A DNA stretch of 51,186 nt from Candidatus Magasanikiibacteriota bacterium (GCA_018650645.1 JABIFP010000003.1:1-51186); one strand, 5' to 3'; shown: positions 30,520 to 41,845, numbered from the stretch's first letter. The notes: generated from the letters alone by a model not told the origin. Made by a program: numbers and translations.

Positions 30520-31227
30520 TTATTTATTTTTTCGCCACCTCTCAATTTTTCCATGATCACCGCTAAGGAGCACATCTGGCACTTTCCAGCCCTTAAAATC
30601 CACTGGCCGTGTGTATTGTGGATACTCTACTTCTACTCCTGATTCATCTACTAAATGATTATGCGATTCGTCTTTTAATGACTCTGGGTTCCCAAGGACA
30701 CCCGGTACTAATCGACTCACAGCTTCCACAATAGTAAGCGCACCAAGTTCACCACCGGCAAGCACATACGGCCCAACAGAAATTTCTTCGTCAATCATGT
30801 GGTCAACCACGCGCTGATCAATGCCTTCGTACCTGCCGCAAATAAGAACCAGCTCATCGAGTTTACTCCACTGCTGCGCTATTTTTTGATCAAACTGTCT
30901 TCCTCTAGGAGAAAGAACTACTGTGCGTGTTTTCTTTTTCAGCGATCCGTTAAATATCTTTTTTACCTTTGTAAGCCCATCAACCTTCCCAAAAGGAATT
31001 GCATCGATTGATTTCAGTGCTTTATATATAGGCTCTGGTTTCATAACCATGCCTGCTCCCCCACCATAGGGCGTATCGTCTACTGTACCGCGGGTATCTG
31101 CAGAGAATTCACGAATATTAACAGCGCTAACAGTAATTACGTCCGCCGCTTGTCCGCGTTTCAAAATGCTCTGAGACGAATAGTCTGTAATCATTTCTGG
31201 GAAAATAGTGAGTACTGAAAATTTCAT
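30520..31227 (-). CDS. trmD: tRNA (guanine37-N1)-methyltransferase
   Basis: LTIFPE, DDTPYGGGAGMVM, CGRYEGIDQRV, VLAGGE, EYPQYTRP, VPDVLLSGDH. Confidence 0.97.
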   Translation of the reverse strand: MKFSVLTIFPEMITDYSSQSILKRGQAADVITVSAVNIREFSADTRGTVDDTPYGGGAGMVMKPEPIYKALKSIDAIPFGKVDGLTKVKKIFNGSLKKKTRTVVLSPRGRQFDQKIAQQWSKLDELVLICGRYEGIDQRVVDHMIDEEISVGPYVLAGGELGALTIVEAVSRLVPGVLGNPESLKDESHNHLVDESGVEVEYPQYTRPVDFKGWKVPDVLLSGDHGKIERWRKNK

Positions 31228-31229
31228 AT

Positions 31230-31430
31230 TTAGGTGATAGGTTTGATATGAGACCAAAAACGTTCATGTAAATAATAGAACAACATTTTTGCAACGACCT
31301 CTATTGCCCCGACTTCTAGCATGGTGCTAATTTCCCCTGTAAAGAGGTATACAAGCGCCATAGTAGTAAGTGACGCAATAACTCGCCAACTGATTGTTTT
31401 GGCTAGAGAGCGCTTATGTGAGTCCGCCAT
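31230..31430 (-). CDS. DUF2061 small membrane protein
   Basis: RSLAKTISWR..E..KMLFYYLHERFW. Confidence 0.85.
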   Translation of the reverse strand: MADSHKRSLAKTISWRVIASLTTMALVYLFTGEISTMLEVGAIEVVAKMLFYYLHERFWSHIKPIT

Positions 31431-31492
31431 ATACCGCTAGATAAACATAAAAAAGTGAAAAAGGCAAGAGGGGCAGCAGCCCCTCTTTGTCT

Positions 31493-34400
31493 TTACATGA
31501 AGCAGAATCCGCAGGACCTAATGTCTAGTCCTTGCGCCTCAGCTTCTGTACGTAAGTAACTTTCATCGGAATTGAATTCTGCATTATGGGTACACACGTA
31601 TTCTGTGTCGCACTGTACACCGTTTGCTACAGGCTCAGGTTCAGGTTCTGGCTCAGGAGCACAAGATGGATCAGCACTACACTGGTTATCGTCACAATCC
31701 GTTTGGCCATTTCTATCATTATCTACCCTATCACTACAATCAAATTCCGTTTCACCACAGTCGTTTTGGAAATCATTTCTACATTCTCCACCACTACAGG
31801 AATCTTCTGTACACTGATCTTGATCTGCACAATCCGCGTCAACGCGACATTCTGGTTCTGGTTCTGGAGCACAAGATGGATCAGCGCTACACTGATTGTC
31901 ATCACAATCCGTCTGACCATTTCTATCATTATCTACCCTATCACTACAATCAAATTCCGTTTCACCACAATCGTTTTGGAAATCATTTCTACATGCTCCA
32001 TTGTGACAACTATCATTCGTACACAAGCTATTATCATTACAATCAGCATCTTGTCGACATTCTGGTTCTGGCTCCGGTTCTGGAGCAACTTCAGCCTCGC
32101 AAGCACCGCAACTATGGAACTCAGCCCATGCTGGAATGTCTTCTTGATTCATGGTGCGCTTATCGGCATCAATCCACACACACACCTGTCTTTCCTGACA
32201 CTGAGGGAATACAAATTCTGGAGCTTCTTCAATTTCTCTTTCTGGCTCAGGTTCAGGCTCTTCAACTTCATCTACAGGAATAATACATTGACCGCAAGAA
32301 ATGAATTCTGCACCTTCTGGAGCTTCACGTTTTCCATAGGATTCTTCGTTTCCTCGATGACGCACGCAGACTAATTCTTCTGCACATTGAGCAAACGCTT
32401 CCTCAGGTTCTTCTTCAATATCTAGTTCAAAAAATGCACGATTATTGTTTTCATCACTCTCTTCAACCGCTCCCAAATAATCGACTTCTACCTGAATTAC
32501 CCGCGCACTTCCATTCCTTACCGAATCAGCAATTGGTACATGTACTGTTTGCTCTGTTCCCGGCGCAATTGATGATTCAATGCGGAATCCAGGACCATCG
32601 TCTAACTCATCTGATCCTGAAGTAGCATGACTAAATACTGATACTTCCGCCGCATTTTCTCCGGTAAATTCATATATACTTCCTCTATTTTCAACGGTTA
32701 CTCGCAAAAAATCTCCAATGAGCTCAACGCGAACTGGAACTAAATCTGGAAGCTCATCATCATCTCTTGATTCACGTTGCAAGTCTGCTGTTTCTTCTTC
32801 TGACAAGAGTTCCACTTCAGCTACTTGCTCGTTAAACACATCTCTTGCTATATCATCATCTTCAAACGCTTCTAACATTAGATCAAGCGATTGATCTTCA
32901 AGCTTTACGCGCAGTTTTATTTCTCGCACAACTCGATTGGTAATGTGTTGTTGCACCACTTTTACCGCAATGCGAGTTTCATCTTTTTTCGCACGCTGTT
33001 TTACTTCTTCAAGTGCTTTAAAGTCAGCAACAGAAGCTGAACGCTCTTTCACTTTTAGTGTAAATTTGCTTCGCTCACCTTCTGACATGAAGTCAACGCG
33101 TGCAGCGACTCGTCTTGCTGCTTTTTCTTTTACTTTTTTCAATTGATTCTTCGTGGATTCTGGCGCTTGTTCTTCTAATATTTTTAACAGTGCTACTTGT
33201 CCAACAAGATCAGCATCGTCACCCGCATCTTTAGCCGTAGCGTCTTCAACAATAGCTGCAATATCATGCCGCTCTTGCACATCTGCAAGCACCTTTCCTA
33301 CTGTTTTTATAATATCCTTTTGCTCTTTTTCAAAGGCTACCTGATCTTCAACAGCGACATCCTTTGCCATAACACCAGCCACGCGAGCTGCGCGTGCCTG
33401 TGCTCGCAATCCGGCTCCAAGTATTTCTTTTTGCTCAGCCTCATCTTTTACTTTTACTGCAATTTCCATTGCGTCAGCGGCTTCTTCCATTGCAGACGCG
33501 GTATGTTTAAGCGCAACTTCACTCTTTCCTTTTTCTTTCAATTTTTTCACCTCAACCATCTTTTCTGAAGCAAATCGAAGTTTTAATTTCGTTTTCTTCA
33601 CTTTATTGAATGTAAGTGCTGATCGCACTTTTCGCATACCGGCCTTCACCACATATAATCCACTATCTGGAAGTATTCGCGGCTCATATGCATCGGCAGC
33701 ATCGTCTTCCTGGTCTTGCTGCGGCTCAAATTCAGCTTCCTGCTCAATAAATACTCTTGCGTCATCTACATCTCCCAAATCTCTCCCTTCGAAGTTGTTA
33801 CTATATGACGTTTCGGGAATATCATGATCCAAATTAATGAACATTTCTACATACGTTGCTCCTTCTGGTACGTTATTACGTACATACTCCCAATTTCCCT
33901 CTCTATCTTGGCGCAGTATTTGCTCCTCCGACTCCAAAATTCGCTCTGGGGCAGAATAACGAACATGTACGGTAACATTTCCCTGATACTCCGTGTCTAA
34001 CGTGTCATCAGCAATAATAAAGCGATGTCCTTCTTCTGTAAACGAATTATATGCAAGATAAAAGTCTGGAGCAAATCCATATGACTCACTATTATCTTCA
34101 TTTGTAAGCTCCTGAATTACGGCTTCGGGATTAACCTCTGCTTCAACGCGTGTAATATATCCAATGTTGTCTGGCGCTCTAAACTGCGCAAACCAATACC
34201 CTGACTGATGCCGCTCAGGCATATTATTTACTGCACGAGTCCATTCTCTAAGTTCCCCCACACCATACCAATTCACTCCAATTGCAGGAGCAGCTTCAGA
34301 ACGATTATATTCGTCATAGGCCCGAACCTCTATTGATCCATCATCGTTTGCGATAATTCTATCTGCATAAAAATTAGGGATTGGAAACCCTTCCCAAATA

Positions 34401-36133
34401 TTGTTTCCTTCATTGCTTTCTGCAATTTCACCATCGATATCTGCAGTGATACGCATAAGCTCTGCATCGGGATGATATCCCTGCCGCGGAAGTTCTACTC
34501 TCGCCTGCCATATTCCTGGCTCTTCCTGATCTACATAATGTCCGCTTACAAAACCAGGGTTATTCATATCGGGACCAAACCATTGTAATCCTACCAAGAA
34601 TGGTTCCGGATCAAAATCAATTGGCGCACCGTTATTTCGCATTACCACGTATGCATCGCCATCTCTAAAATCAACACTTGTAATAACAATGTCTGGTTGC
34701 GCAATTGCTCGAGCAATATTTGCTCCCATATCCTCTTGATTGATTTGTTGTCCTTCTATTTCATTTCCAAGCGCATTCACTCCTGCACCAGTTTGTAATG
34801 AGTAGTAACATTGCCACTCACTCCTGTCAGTTACACTTGCCTGGTTTTCTCCATAGAACTGTAATCGCGCTCTACGATTATTGTTTTTTGTAAGATAATC
34901 AAGCATGTCTCCATCACCAATTCCAGTAAGACAAGCTACATGATCTTCATCAGTCATCTCAAATAGCCCATAATATCGTGCAAATAAGTCACAAGTGTAG
35001 CTTTCAAATAATTCTGAGCCTGCAACATGATCTGAATCATACGTTTCCTGCAGTCGCTCTCCGCTAATAATTCTTTCTACACAGGCTATTTTCTCTTCAT
35101 AGGTCAATTGTTCTACACGACGTTGACGATATTCTTGCTCATATTCACGCGTAATGAACGCATTTTCATCAAAATACTCCTCTTGCATGTCTTCTGGTAA
35201 ATAATCATGTAATCCTCGAGCTATGAGCAAGTTTGAAGCATCTCTATCATAATAATAGTCTTCTTCAAACCACCCTTCCATCTTTGCAAATCGATCTACC
35301 GCTTGCTGACATGTTGGATTTGGATTTAGCCCATTCACAGATACATATGCCGTGCACACCTCTCTGTGATCTTGTGTTACATGAAATTGCTCAACTCCAC
35401 ATTGCAGTGCTACACAATCAGCCTTCTGAATCTCATTTAGTTCGAAATACCCGGATCTATATTCTGCTGATTCTGGAATATAGCCAGCGCGAATGCTACC
35501 ACATCTATTTTCACTTCTACCAACGGCAACATCCATTACTGCTGAACAGTATTGCTGCTGTTCCTCTAGATTATTTACATTTCTATAATCATCTGTACAA
35601 AGTACATGGGCACATCTTCTCAGTTCCTGCTGACAAGAAGCATATGCTTCTTCATCTTGCGCAGTTGAACAATTTTCAGCCACATCGTAAACATCTTCTT
35701 CAAGCTCATCAGGAAGTGCATCTGTCACCTCTCTTGCAATGCGATACTCAAGGTCAACACATACGTCATATGAACTCTCATATTGCTCACTAACAATTCC
35801 ATACCCTTCTCTAGCCCACTGCTCACAAGCCTGAGCCTGCTCCCCGCCTGGTGTTGGATCAAATGGACTACCATTAATATGATCCGCAAAGCCCCTCTCG
35901 CCATAACACATATAAAAGAGACAATCCTGCTCAGTTGGCTGATATACAGCATCAGCAAGACGTAAAATATTGGAAACTTCATCTTCTGAAAGCCCTGCAT
36001 TTTCTCCTACTTCTACTTCTGCAAAATCAAAAAAACCGGTCTGAATTTGATAAAAAGCTTGCGTTTGCGTTACCAAACCTAGTGGTAAACAAAAAGCTAT
36101 TGCAAAAAGCAATATACGAGGAATGCGCTTCAT
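31493..36133 (-). CDS. Giant secreted/surface protein (Cys-rich N-terminal region, CARDB-like domains, DUF5667-like helical region, Cys-rich C-terminal repeats)
   Basis: Signal peptide MKRIPRILLFAIAFC..TQA; PD....E..E.NN CARDB motifs; ILPDSGLY..K..RSALTF; DNDRNGQTDCDD repeats. Confidence 0.85.
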   Translation of the reverse strand: MKRIPRILLFAIAFCLPLGLVTQTQAFYQIQTGFFDFAEVEVGENAGLSEDEVSNILRLADAVYQPTEQDCLFYMCYGERGFADHINGSPFDPTPGGEQAQACEQWAREGYGIVSEQYESSYDVCVDLEYRIAREVTDALPDELEEDVYDVAENCSTAQDEEAYASCQQELRRCAHVLCTDDYRNVNNLEEQQQYCSAVMDVAVGRSENRCGSIRAGYIPESAEYRSGYFELNEIQKADCVALQCGVEQFHVTQDHREVCTAYVSVNGLNPNPTCQQAVDRFAKMEGWFEEDYYYDRDASNLLIARGLHDYLPEDMQEEYFDENAFITREYEQEYRQRRVEQLTYEEKIACVERIISGERLQETYDSDHVAGSELFESYTCDLFARYYGLFEMTDEDHVACLTGIGDGDMLDYLTKNNNRRARLQFYGENQASVTDRSEWQCYYSLQTGAGVNALGNEIEGQQINQEDMGANIARAIAQPDIVITSVDFRDGDAYVVMRNNGAPIDFDPEPFLVGLQWFGPDMNNPGFVSGHYVDQEEPGIWQARVELPRQGYHPDAELMRITADIDGEIAESNEGNNIWEGFPIPNFYADRIIANDDGSIEVRAYDEYNRSEAAPAIGVNWYGVGELREWTRAVNNMPERHQSGYWFAQFRAPDNIGYITRVEAEVNPEAVIQELTNEDNSESYGFAPDFYLAYNSFTEEGHRFIIADDTLDTEYQGNVTVHVRYSAPERILESEEQILRQDREGNWEYVRNNVPEGATYVEMFINLDHDIPETSYSNNFEGRDLGDVDDARVFIEQEAEFEPQQDQEDDAADAYEPRILPDSGLYVVKAGMRKVRSALTFNKVKKTKLKLRFASEKMVEVKKLKEKGKSEVALKHTASAMEEAADAMEIAVKVKDEAEQKEILGAGLRAQARAARVAGVMAKDVAVEDQVAFEKEQKDIIKTVGKVLADVQERHDIAAIVEDATAKDAGDDADLVGQVALLKILEEQAPESTKNQLKKVKEKAARRVAARVDFMSEGERSKFTLKVKERSASVADFKALEEVKQRAKKDETRIAVKVVQQHITNRVVREIKLRVKLEDQSLDLMLEAFEDDDIARDVFNEQVAEVELLSEEETADLQRESRDDDELPDLVPVRVELIGDFLRVTVENRGSIYEFTGENAAEVSVFSHATSGSDELDDGPGFRIESSIAPGTEQTVHVPIADSVRNGSARVIQVEVDYLGAVEESDENNNRAFFELDIEEEPEEAFAQCAEELVCVRHRGNEESYGKREAPEGAEFISCGQCIIPVDEVEEPEPEPEREIEEAPEFVFPQCQERQVCVWIDADKRTMNQEDIPAWAEFHSCGACEAEVAPEPEPEPECRQDADCNDNSLCTNDSCHNGACRNDFQNDCGETEFDCSDRVDNDRNGQTDCDDNQCSADPSCAPEPEPECRVDADCADQDQCTEDSCSGGECRNDFQNDCGETEFDCSDRVDNDRNGQTDCDDNQCSADPSCAPEPEPEPEPVANGVQCDTEYVCTHNAEFNSDESYLRTEAEAQGLDIRSCGFCFM
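31656..32075 (-). repeat. Two tandem 210-bp (70-aa) Cys-rich repeats
   Basis: Sequence at 31656 recurs at 31866; CRNDFQNDCGETEFDCSDRVDNDRNGQTDCDDNQCSADPSCAPEPEPE is identical in both. Confidence 0.9.
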
Positions 36134-36194
36134 AATATGAAGATTAAAAGATGATGAATACAAAGTATGTTCATTATACGCTTTTTGCAAAAAC

Positions 36195-36224
36195 AAAAGC
36201 AAGCGAGTTGCCCCGCTTGCTTTT
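36195..36224 (-). terminator. Terminator after fusA
   Basis: aaaagcaagcg-agttgccc-cgcttgctttt. Confidence 0.75.
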
Positions 36225-36235
36225 ATTGTTTGCAA

Positions 36236-38320
36236 TTATTTTTGCTTTCCAGCAACAATTTCTGCTTCAACATTCTTTGGCACTTCTGCGTAATGGTCAA
36301 ATTCCATTGCGTAGTTAGCCCGTCCACTTGAAACTGATCGAAGATGTGATACATATCCAAACATGCATGCTAGCGGTACCATTGCTCGTACTACTTTTGC
36401 CTGACCACGATCGGTCATTTCTTGGATTTGTCCACGTTTTGAATTGAGGTCTCCGATAACGTCTCCCATGTATTCTTCAGGAGTTATTACTTCTACCTTC
36501 ATAATCGGTTCAAGAACAACTGGATCAGCTTTCTTTACCGCAGCGCTGAAGGCCATTGATCCTGCCATTTTAAACGCAACTTCAGAAGAATCTACATCAT
36601 GGTAGCTTCCGTCGTATACGGTTACTTGTACATTTTCTAATGGGTATCCAGCAACAATACCTTTATTCATGGTTTCAATAACACCTTTCTTAATCGCTGG
36701 GATGTATTCTTTTGGAATAACACCACCCTTTACTTGATCAATGAATTCCATGATGTTGTCGCCTTCGATTTGTTTTGGTTCAATTTTAATCCAGCAGTGA
36801 CCAAATTGACCACGCCCACCAGATTGTTTTACGTACTTTCCTTCTGCTTCTGCAGCTCTTCGGATAGATTCGCGGTATGCAACTTGTGGCGCACCAACGT
36901 TTGCTTCTACCTTGAACTCACGCTTCATTCTGTCAACGATAATATCGAGATGCAATTCTCCCATTCCTGAGATAATTGTTTGCAATGTTTCGTCATCAGT
37001 ATGAACGCGGAAAGTTGGGTCTTCTTCAGAAAGTTTCTGAAGCGCCATTCCCATTTTTTCTGAATCTTGTTTTGTAAGTGGTTCAATCGCAACAGAGATA
37101 ACTGGCTCTGGGAATGTCATGCTTTCAAGTACTACTGGTCGAGATTCTGCGCAAAGCGTGTCCCCTGTTCGAGTAGACTTTAATCCAATAGCCGCAGCAA
37201 TTTCTCCTGCAAACACTTCTGAAACTTCTTCACGAGTATTTGCATGCATTCGTACAATACGACCAATACGTTCTTTTTGTCCTGTTGTTGTATTGATTAC
37301 GTAACTTCCAGATTTTACAACACCAGAATACACGCGGAAGAAAATTAATTTTCCTACAAACGGATCAGTTGCAACCTTAAACGCAAGTGCTGCGAGTGGT
37401 TCCTCATCCGCCGGTTTGATTGAAATAATTTCTTCTTCGTTATCTGGATTCTTTCCTTTAATACTTGGTACATCTACTGGAGACGGAAGGAAATCTACTA
37501 CTCGGTCAAGCATCAGTTGTACACCAACGTTTGCAAGTGCAGATCCACCCATTACTGGGTACATTTCGTCAGTAAGAACTAATTTACGGATACCCGCAAC
37601 GATTTCTTCTTCTGAAAGTGCTTCTCCACCAAGGTATTTTTCCATGATTGTATCATCCGCTTCTGCTACCTTATCAAGCATAATACCGCGGTACTCAGCA
37701 ATTTTTTCTGCCATGTCTGCTGGTACATCGATTTCTTCTACTTTTTCTCCCATTTCGCCTGTAAACTTGTACGCTTTTTGTGAGATAAGATCAACAAGCC
37801 CTTTCAATTCTGATTCAGCTCCAATTGGAAGTTGAATTGCAATCGCTTTTTTTGAAAGACGAGATTGAATAGATTCAAGACTCATGAAAAAGTCAGCACC
37901 CATTTTATCCATTTTATTAATAAAACAGATACGTGGCACTTCATACTTATCAGCTTGACGCCATACTGTTTCAGATTGTGGCTCAACACCTTGAGAACCA
38001 TCAAAGATTGCACACGCACCATCGAGTACACGAAGTGAACGTTCAACTTCTACAGTAAAATCAACGTGTCCAGGAGTATCAATAATATTAATACGGTGAT
38101 CGTTCCAGAAACAAGTAGTTGCCGCAGAAGTAATAGTAATTCCACGTTCCTTTTCTTGTTCCATCCAGTCCATTTGTGATTCACCATCATGTGTTTCACC
38201 GATTTTATGTGTTGAACCTGTATAGAATAATACACGCTCTGTTGCAGTAGTTTTTCCTGCATCGATGTGGGCCATGATCCCAATGTTTCTAATTTTGTCT
38301 AAAGGATATTGACGGGACAT
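36236..38320 (-). CDS. fusA: Elongation factor G
   Basis: [38 protein letters not shown]. Confidence 0.99.
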   Translation of the reverse strand: MSRQYPLDKIRNIGIMAHIDAGKTTATERVLFYTGSTHKIGETHDGESQMDWMEQEKERGITITSAATTCFWNDHRINIIDTPGHVDFTVEVERSLRVLDGACAIFDGSQGVEPQSETVWRQADKYEVPRICFINKMDKMGADFFMSLESIQSRLSKKAIAIQLPIGAESELKGLVDLISQKAYKFTGEMGEKVEEIDVPADMAEKIAEYRGIMLDKVAEADDTIMEKYLGGEALSEEEIVAGIRKLVLTDEMYPVMGGSALANVGVQLMLDRVVDFLPSPVDVPSIKGKNPDNEEEIISIKPADEEPLAALAFKVATDPFVGKLIFFRVYSGVVKSGSYVINTTTGQKERIGRIVRMHANTREEVSEVFAGEIAAAIGLKSTRTGDTLCAESRPVVLESMTFPEPVISVAIEPLTKQDSEKMGMALQKLSEEDPTFRVHTDDETLQTIISGMGELHLDIIVDRMKREFKVEANVGAPQVAYRESIRRAAEAEGKYVKQSGGRGQFGHCWIKIEPKQIEGDNIMEFIDQVKGGVIPKEYIPAIKKGVIETMNKGIVAGYPLENVQVTVYDGSYHDVDSSEVAFKMAGSMAFSAAVKKADPVVLEPIMKVEVITPEEYMGDVIGDLNSKRGQIQEMTDRGQAKVVRAMVPLACMFGYVSHLRSVSSGRANYAMEFDHYAEVPKNVEAEIVAGKQK

Positions 38321-38368
38321 AATAATTGGTAATGAAATAGCGCAATTACGCTACAATTGAGAATAATA

Positions 38369-38845
38369 TTATCGACGACGAGCAAAATGCGCGAACGCTT
38401 TATTTGCTTCAGCCATACGGTGAACATCTTCTTTCTTCTTCATTGTTCCACCTACTCCTTCAAGAATATCCAAGAATTCAGACGCAAGTTTTTGTTCCAT
38501 TCCTTTTCCGTTTCGTTTTCTTGCTGCTTCCAAAATCCATCTAAACGCAAGAACGTTTGCACGATGCCCAATTACTGGCATAGGTACTTGGTAGTTTGCA
38601 CCACCAACACGTTTTGAACGAACTTCAACTTGTGGTTTTGCTGTTTCAACAACTTTTTCAAACATTTCTAGTGGCTTTGAGTTTTGCTTTTCAGCTAAAA
38701 TATCAAGCGCACCGTATACAAATCGTTGTGTAATGGTCTTTTTTCCATCGAACATTGCATAGTTAATAAACTTTGCAAGAAGGATGCTGCCAAATTTTGG
38801 ATCCGCGAGGATCACTCGCTTTGGAGCTGCTTTTCCACGTGACAT
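38369..38845 (-). CDS. rpsG: 30S ribosomal protein S7
   Basis: EVRSKRVGGANYQVP, HRMAEANKAFAHF. Confidence 0.98.
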   Translation of the reverse strand: MSRGKAAPKRVILADPKFGSILLAKFINYAMFDGKKTITQRFVYGALDILAEKQNSKPLEMFEKVVETAKPQVEVRSKRVGGANYQVPMPVIGHRANVLAFRWILEAARKRNGKGMEQKLASEFLDILEGVGGTMKKKEDVHRMAEANKAFAHFARRR

Positions 38846-38881
38846 AGTAATTTCTTATTTTCTAATACAAAGGTGCGTAAA

Positions 38882-39298
38882 TTATTTTGGACGTTTTGCA
38901 CCATACTTTGAACGGCTTTGCTTTCTGTCAGCAACACCTTGTGTGTCGTATACACCGCGAACGATGTGGTAACGACAACCTGGAAGATCTTTTACTCTTC
39001 CCCCTCTAATGAGAACAATACTATGTTCTTGCAAGTTATGTCCTTCACCTGGGATGTAGGCAATAACTTCTACTCCGTTTGAAAGACGAACCTTTGCTAC
39101 TTTACGAAGCGCCGAGTTCGGTTTCTTTGGTGTCATTGTGTACACTTTTGTACAAACACCACGTTTAAATGGAGCCCCTTTACGAAGCTCTGTCTTTTTA
39201 CGGTGCAGAGAATCGTATGTGAATTGCATAGCCGGAGACTTTGACTTCCGACTCTTGCTCTTTCGACCCTTTCTGAGGATCTGATTCATTGTTGGCAT
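38882..39298 (-). CDS. rpsL: 30S ribosomal protein S12
   Basis: [29 protein letters not shown]. Confidence 0.99.
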   Translation of the reverse strand: MPTMNQILRKGRKSKSRKSKSPAMQFTYDSLHRKKTELRKGAPFKRGVCTKVYTMTPKKPNSALRKVAKVRLSNGVEVIAYIPGEGHNLQEHSIVLIRGGRVKDLPGCRYHIVRGVYDTQGVADRKQSRSKYGAKRPK

Positions 39299-39456
39299 AA
39301 TGAAATGCTTATTGGCCGAGCTGGCCTCTATAAATAAAAAATTCGACTGAAACAGCCGATTTGAATTGCGATTATGTCGCAGTCCAGACGGGAGATCTCT
39401 TTTGAGATCGGTTTCACCCAGACAAGTCTGGATTACTCCGTTTCATGTGCAGGGGC

Positions 39457-39485
39457 ATTGTAGAGGGTTTTTACATTCCTGTCAA
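39457..39485 (-). promoter_or_regulatory. str operon promoter
   Basis: TTGACA-17nt-TACAAT. Confidence 0.75.
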
Positions 39486-39587
39486 GTATAGAGAGTATGC
39501 ATTGTGTTCTTTACACTTGCCAACCCGCTAGCGCTGTGTTTTAGTGGTATATATGTCTCAGCTTGAGAAATGCACCACCTATACTCT

Positions 39588-40004
39588 ATGAATCGTTTAG
39601 TACTTAAAAAATCGCTTATTTCAGCCATTTTGTTCTTTTTTATAGGACTGATAGCTCTTTCTGTAAGCGTAGGGATAGTTGATGTTCTGCGCATACAAGC
39701 CAATGGAGAACAACAAGGATATGCCAGCTTTGACAATGAACTCTATAGCAAAAGAACCTCAGAGAGACCATTTGTCTGCTACAGCGGTGGATTAACCGAC
39801 CAAAAAAGCGCATCATTCTGCTCTCATTCAGAATTTTTAGACTTTGCTCTTCTTTACGGCAGCGCGCAATCACTCTTTTTTGCCTTTTCCTACCTCATGT
39901 ACAGCTGGGCGATATTTCCACTTCTTGTCTGTGCAACTTACGAATATCACTTTAGGAAGCATCGCGCTTTACCATCTCAACCCGCTGAATCCGACGTTTC
40001 TTAA
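39588..40004 (+). CDS. Hypothetical two-TM membrane protein
   Basis: Two hydrophobic segments around a loop with 2 Cys; 3' end overlaps the convergent gene by 53 nt. Confidence 0.55.
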   Translation: MNRLVLKKSLISAILFFFIGLIALSVSVGIVDVLRIQANGEQQGYASFDNELYSKRTSERPFVCYSGGLTDQKSASFCSHSEFLDFALLYGSAQSLFFAFSYLMYSWAIFPLLVCATYEYHFRKHRALPSQPAESDVS

Positions 40005-41181
40005 CCTCACAAACAGTACACTGGACCTCTCCAAGTGTTACTTTTTGACCTTTTCTAGGTAATTTTTGTAATTCATCGAGTAGCACCTCAGCAATAGTAT
40101 CTAAGTCGTCTCCTGGAATTTCTGTATTGAAGAAATCATTAATATCCCTAAGTGACGTGTCGCCAGAAACCATAATCTTTTCTTTTGTCACACGCTGAAT
40201 CATGTTTTTACTGATATCATGTTCATCGGTAATCTCCCCTACTAATTCTTCAATCACATCTTCAAACGTCACAATTCCTTCTGTTCCACCAAATTCATCA
40301 ACCACAACACCCATATGTGTTTGTTTCTTTTGGAATTCTTTCATGACGTCATCAATAGGCATCTGCCCGGCAATCGATATAATTGGACGCATGATTCCCA
40401 AAATTGGATTGTCTTCAGTATCTGAGTAATGCGCAATAAGTGCATCGCGTGCGTGAATAAATCCTAATACGTTATCTTGTGTATCTTTAAATACTGGATA
40501 CCGCGTAAATGGATTGTCTTTAATTATTTCTGTTGCCTGATCGATTGTCATATTGTGGGCAACAAATACAGAATGTACACGCGGCGTCATAATGTCTTCT
40601 GCGGTAATATCATTAAACGCAAAGAGCCGTTCTACCATAAGCCCCTCTTCATGTTCAATGGCTCCCTGTTTTTTACTTACCTGCACTAATGCGCGAATCT
40701 CTTCTTCACTTACTCGCTGCTGTGTTTGTTTTCCTGTTGTAAGATCAGTAATCACCTCAAACATGCGGACAAATGGATATACGATTTTTTGAAACAGCCA
40801 AAGGAACTGTGCAGAAAAAATAGCAAATCGTTTTGGGTGAGACGATGCGTATGATTTTGGAATAATTTCCCCAACGAGCAAAATGACCAGTGTCATTACC
40901 CCAACCGTAATTCCAACGGCTCCTGATTCAAAATAATCCGAAGCGATAACTGTTGCTAGCGATGACGCACCAATATTTACAATATTATTCCCTATGAGAA
41001 TGGTGACGAGTAACCGCCTTGGGTGTTTTTTCAATGTTGCAACAAGTTTTGATTTGGGCAGTTTCTTTTTGAGCATCGATTGTACTTTGGCATCAGAGAG
41101 CGTCAAAAAAGCTACTTCCGCAGCAGAAAAGAAGGCTGATCCTATCAGAAAGACAATGAGCGTGATTATAGATGTATTCAT
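39952..41181 (-). CDS. Hemolysin/CNNM family protein (DUF21 + CBS pair + CorC_HlyC)
   Basis: SAFFSAAEVA, TILIGNNIVNI, GEIIPKS, DIMTPR, VVDEFGGTEGIVTFEDVIEELVGEI. Confidence 0.95.
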   Translation of the reverse strand: MNTSIITLIVFLIGSAFFSAAEVAFLTLSDAKVQSMLKKKLPKSKLVATLKKHPRRLLVTILIGNNIVNIGASSLATVIASDYFESGAVGITVGVMTLVILLVGEIIPKSYASSHPKRFAIFSAQFLWLFQKIVYPFVRMFEVITDLTTGKQTQQRVSEEEIRALVQVSKKQGAIEHEEGLMVERLFAFNDITAEDIMTPRVHSVFVAHNMTIDQATEIIKDNPFTRYPVFKDTQDNVLGFIHARDALIAHYSDTEDNPILGIMRPIISIAGQMPIDDVMKEFQKKQTHMGVVVDEFGGTEGIVTFEDVIEELVGEITDEHDISKNMIQRVTKEKIMVSGDTSLRDINDFFNTEIPGDDLDTIAEVLLDELQKLPRKGQKVTLGEVQCTVCEVKKRRIQRVEMVKRDAS

Positions 41182-41243
41182 ATATATGTATATCGTATCA
41201 AGTGAGCTGTATTGAGGCAATAGTGTAGCGTAGAGTTGTACTA

Positions 41244-41272
41244 TTGACAATACCTCTTTCCCATGATATCTT
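41244..41272 (+). promoter_or_regulatory. sigma70 promoter of the lipoprotein cassette
   Basis: TTGACA-17nt-TATCTT with extended -10 TG. Confidence 0.65.
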
Positions 41273-41315
41273 CTTGTGTCGAGTAATTTTACTGCGATGA
41301 CAAGGGAGACAGGCC

Positions 41316-41825
41316 ATGAACCGGCTTACCCCGCTGCACATTGTCGGCGCGCTCGTTTTGAGCGTCGCCATGGGGGCCTGCAGCACCCCCGACCGCGTGG
41401 AGGCGGATTCCTCCATGAGCGCCGGCGAGGCGCAGTGGCTGGAGATCAGCCAGCGCCCGGAGCCGCACCAGAGCGAACTCATGCAGGATCCGTTCCACAT
41501 GATCAACGTCTGCAGCGTGGTCTTCGCGGCAACGCTCATGGAGAGCCGTGCGAATCTGAGCGCTCAGAATTGGTTGCCCACGCAACGCGAGCTGGACATG
41601 GACGAGATCCGGCACACCAAGCTCCTCGGTTACTCCGCATTGAGCAAGCCGATGGATCCCTGGGAGTGGGAAGAGGAGTGTCTGCGAACGGGCAACGTGC
41701 CCGTGACGATAGACGACATCCTGAACGAGCCCATCACCATGGAAGAGCTGCTGGCTGAACCCTCCGAGAAGCAGCTCCCCGGCGAACCCCACACACCAAG
41801 CCCTCGCACTGACGAGGCTCGCTGA
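41316..41825 (+). CDS. GC-rich orphan lipoprotein
   Basis: SD AGGGAG; MNRLTPLHIVGALVLSVAMGAC lipobox; strong G/C third-position bias. Confidence 0.75.
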   Translation: MNRLTPLHIVGALVLSVAMGACSTPDRVEADSSMSAGEAQWLEISQRPEPHQSELMQDPFHMINVCSVVFAATLMESRANLSAQNWLPTQRELDMDEIRHTKLLGYSALSKPMDPWEWEEECLRTGNVPVTIDDILNEPITMEELLAEPSEKQLPGEPHTPSPRTDEAR

Positions 41826-41845
41826 CCGACCGGCCAGCTGACAAG

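Noticed and set aside
31656-32075. Repeat pair as a DGR template/variable region
   Set aside because: In-frame tandem coding repeats with mostly synonymous, non-adenine-specific differences; no reverse transcriptase in the window
31572-32374. Long plus-strand ORFs (262 and 219 aa) with repeats
   Set aside because: Antisense shadows of the repetitive C-terminus of the giant surface protein
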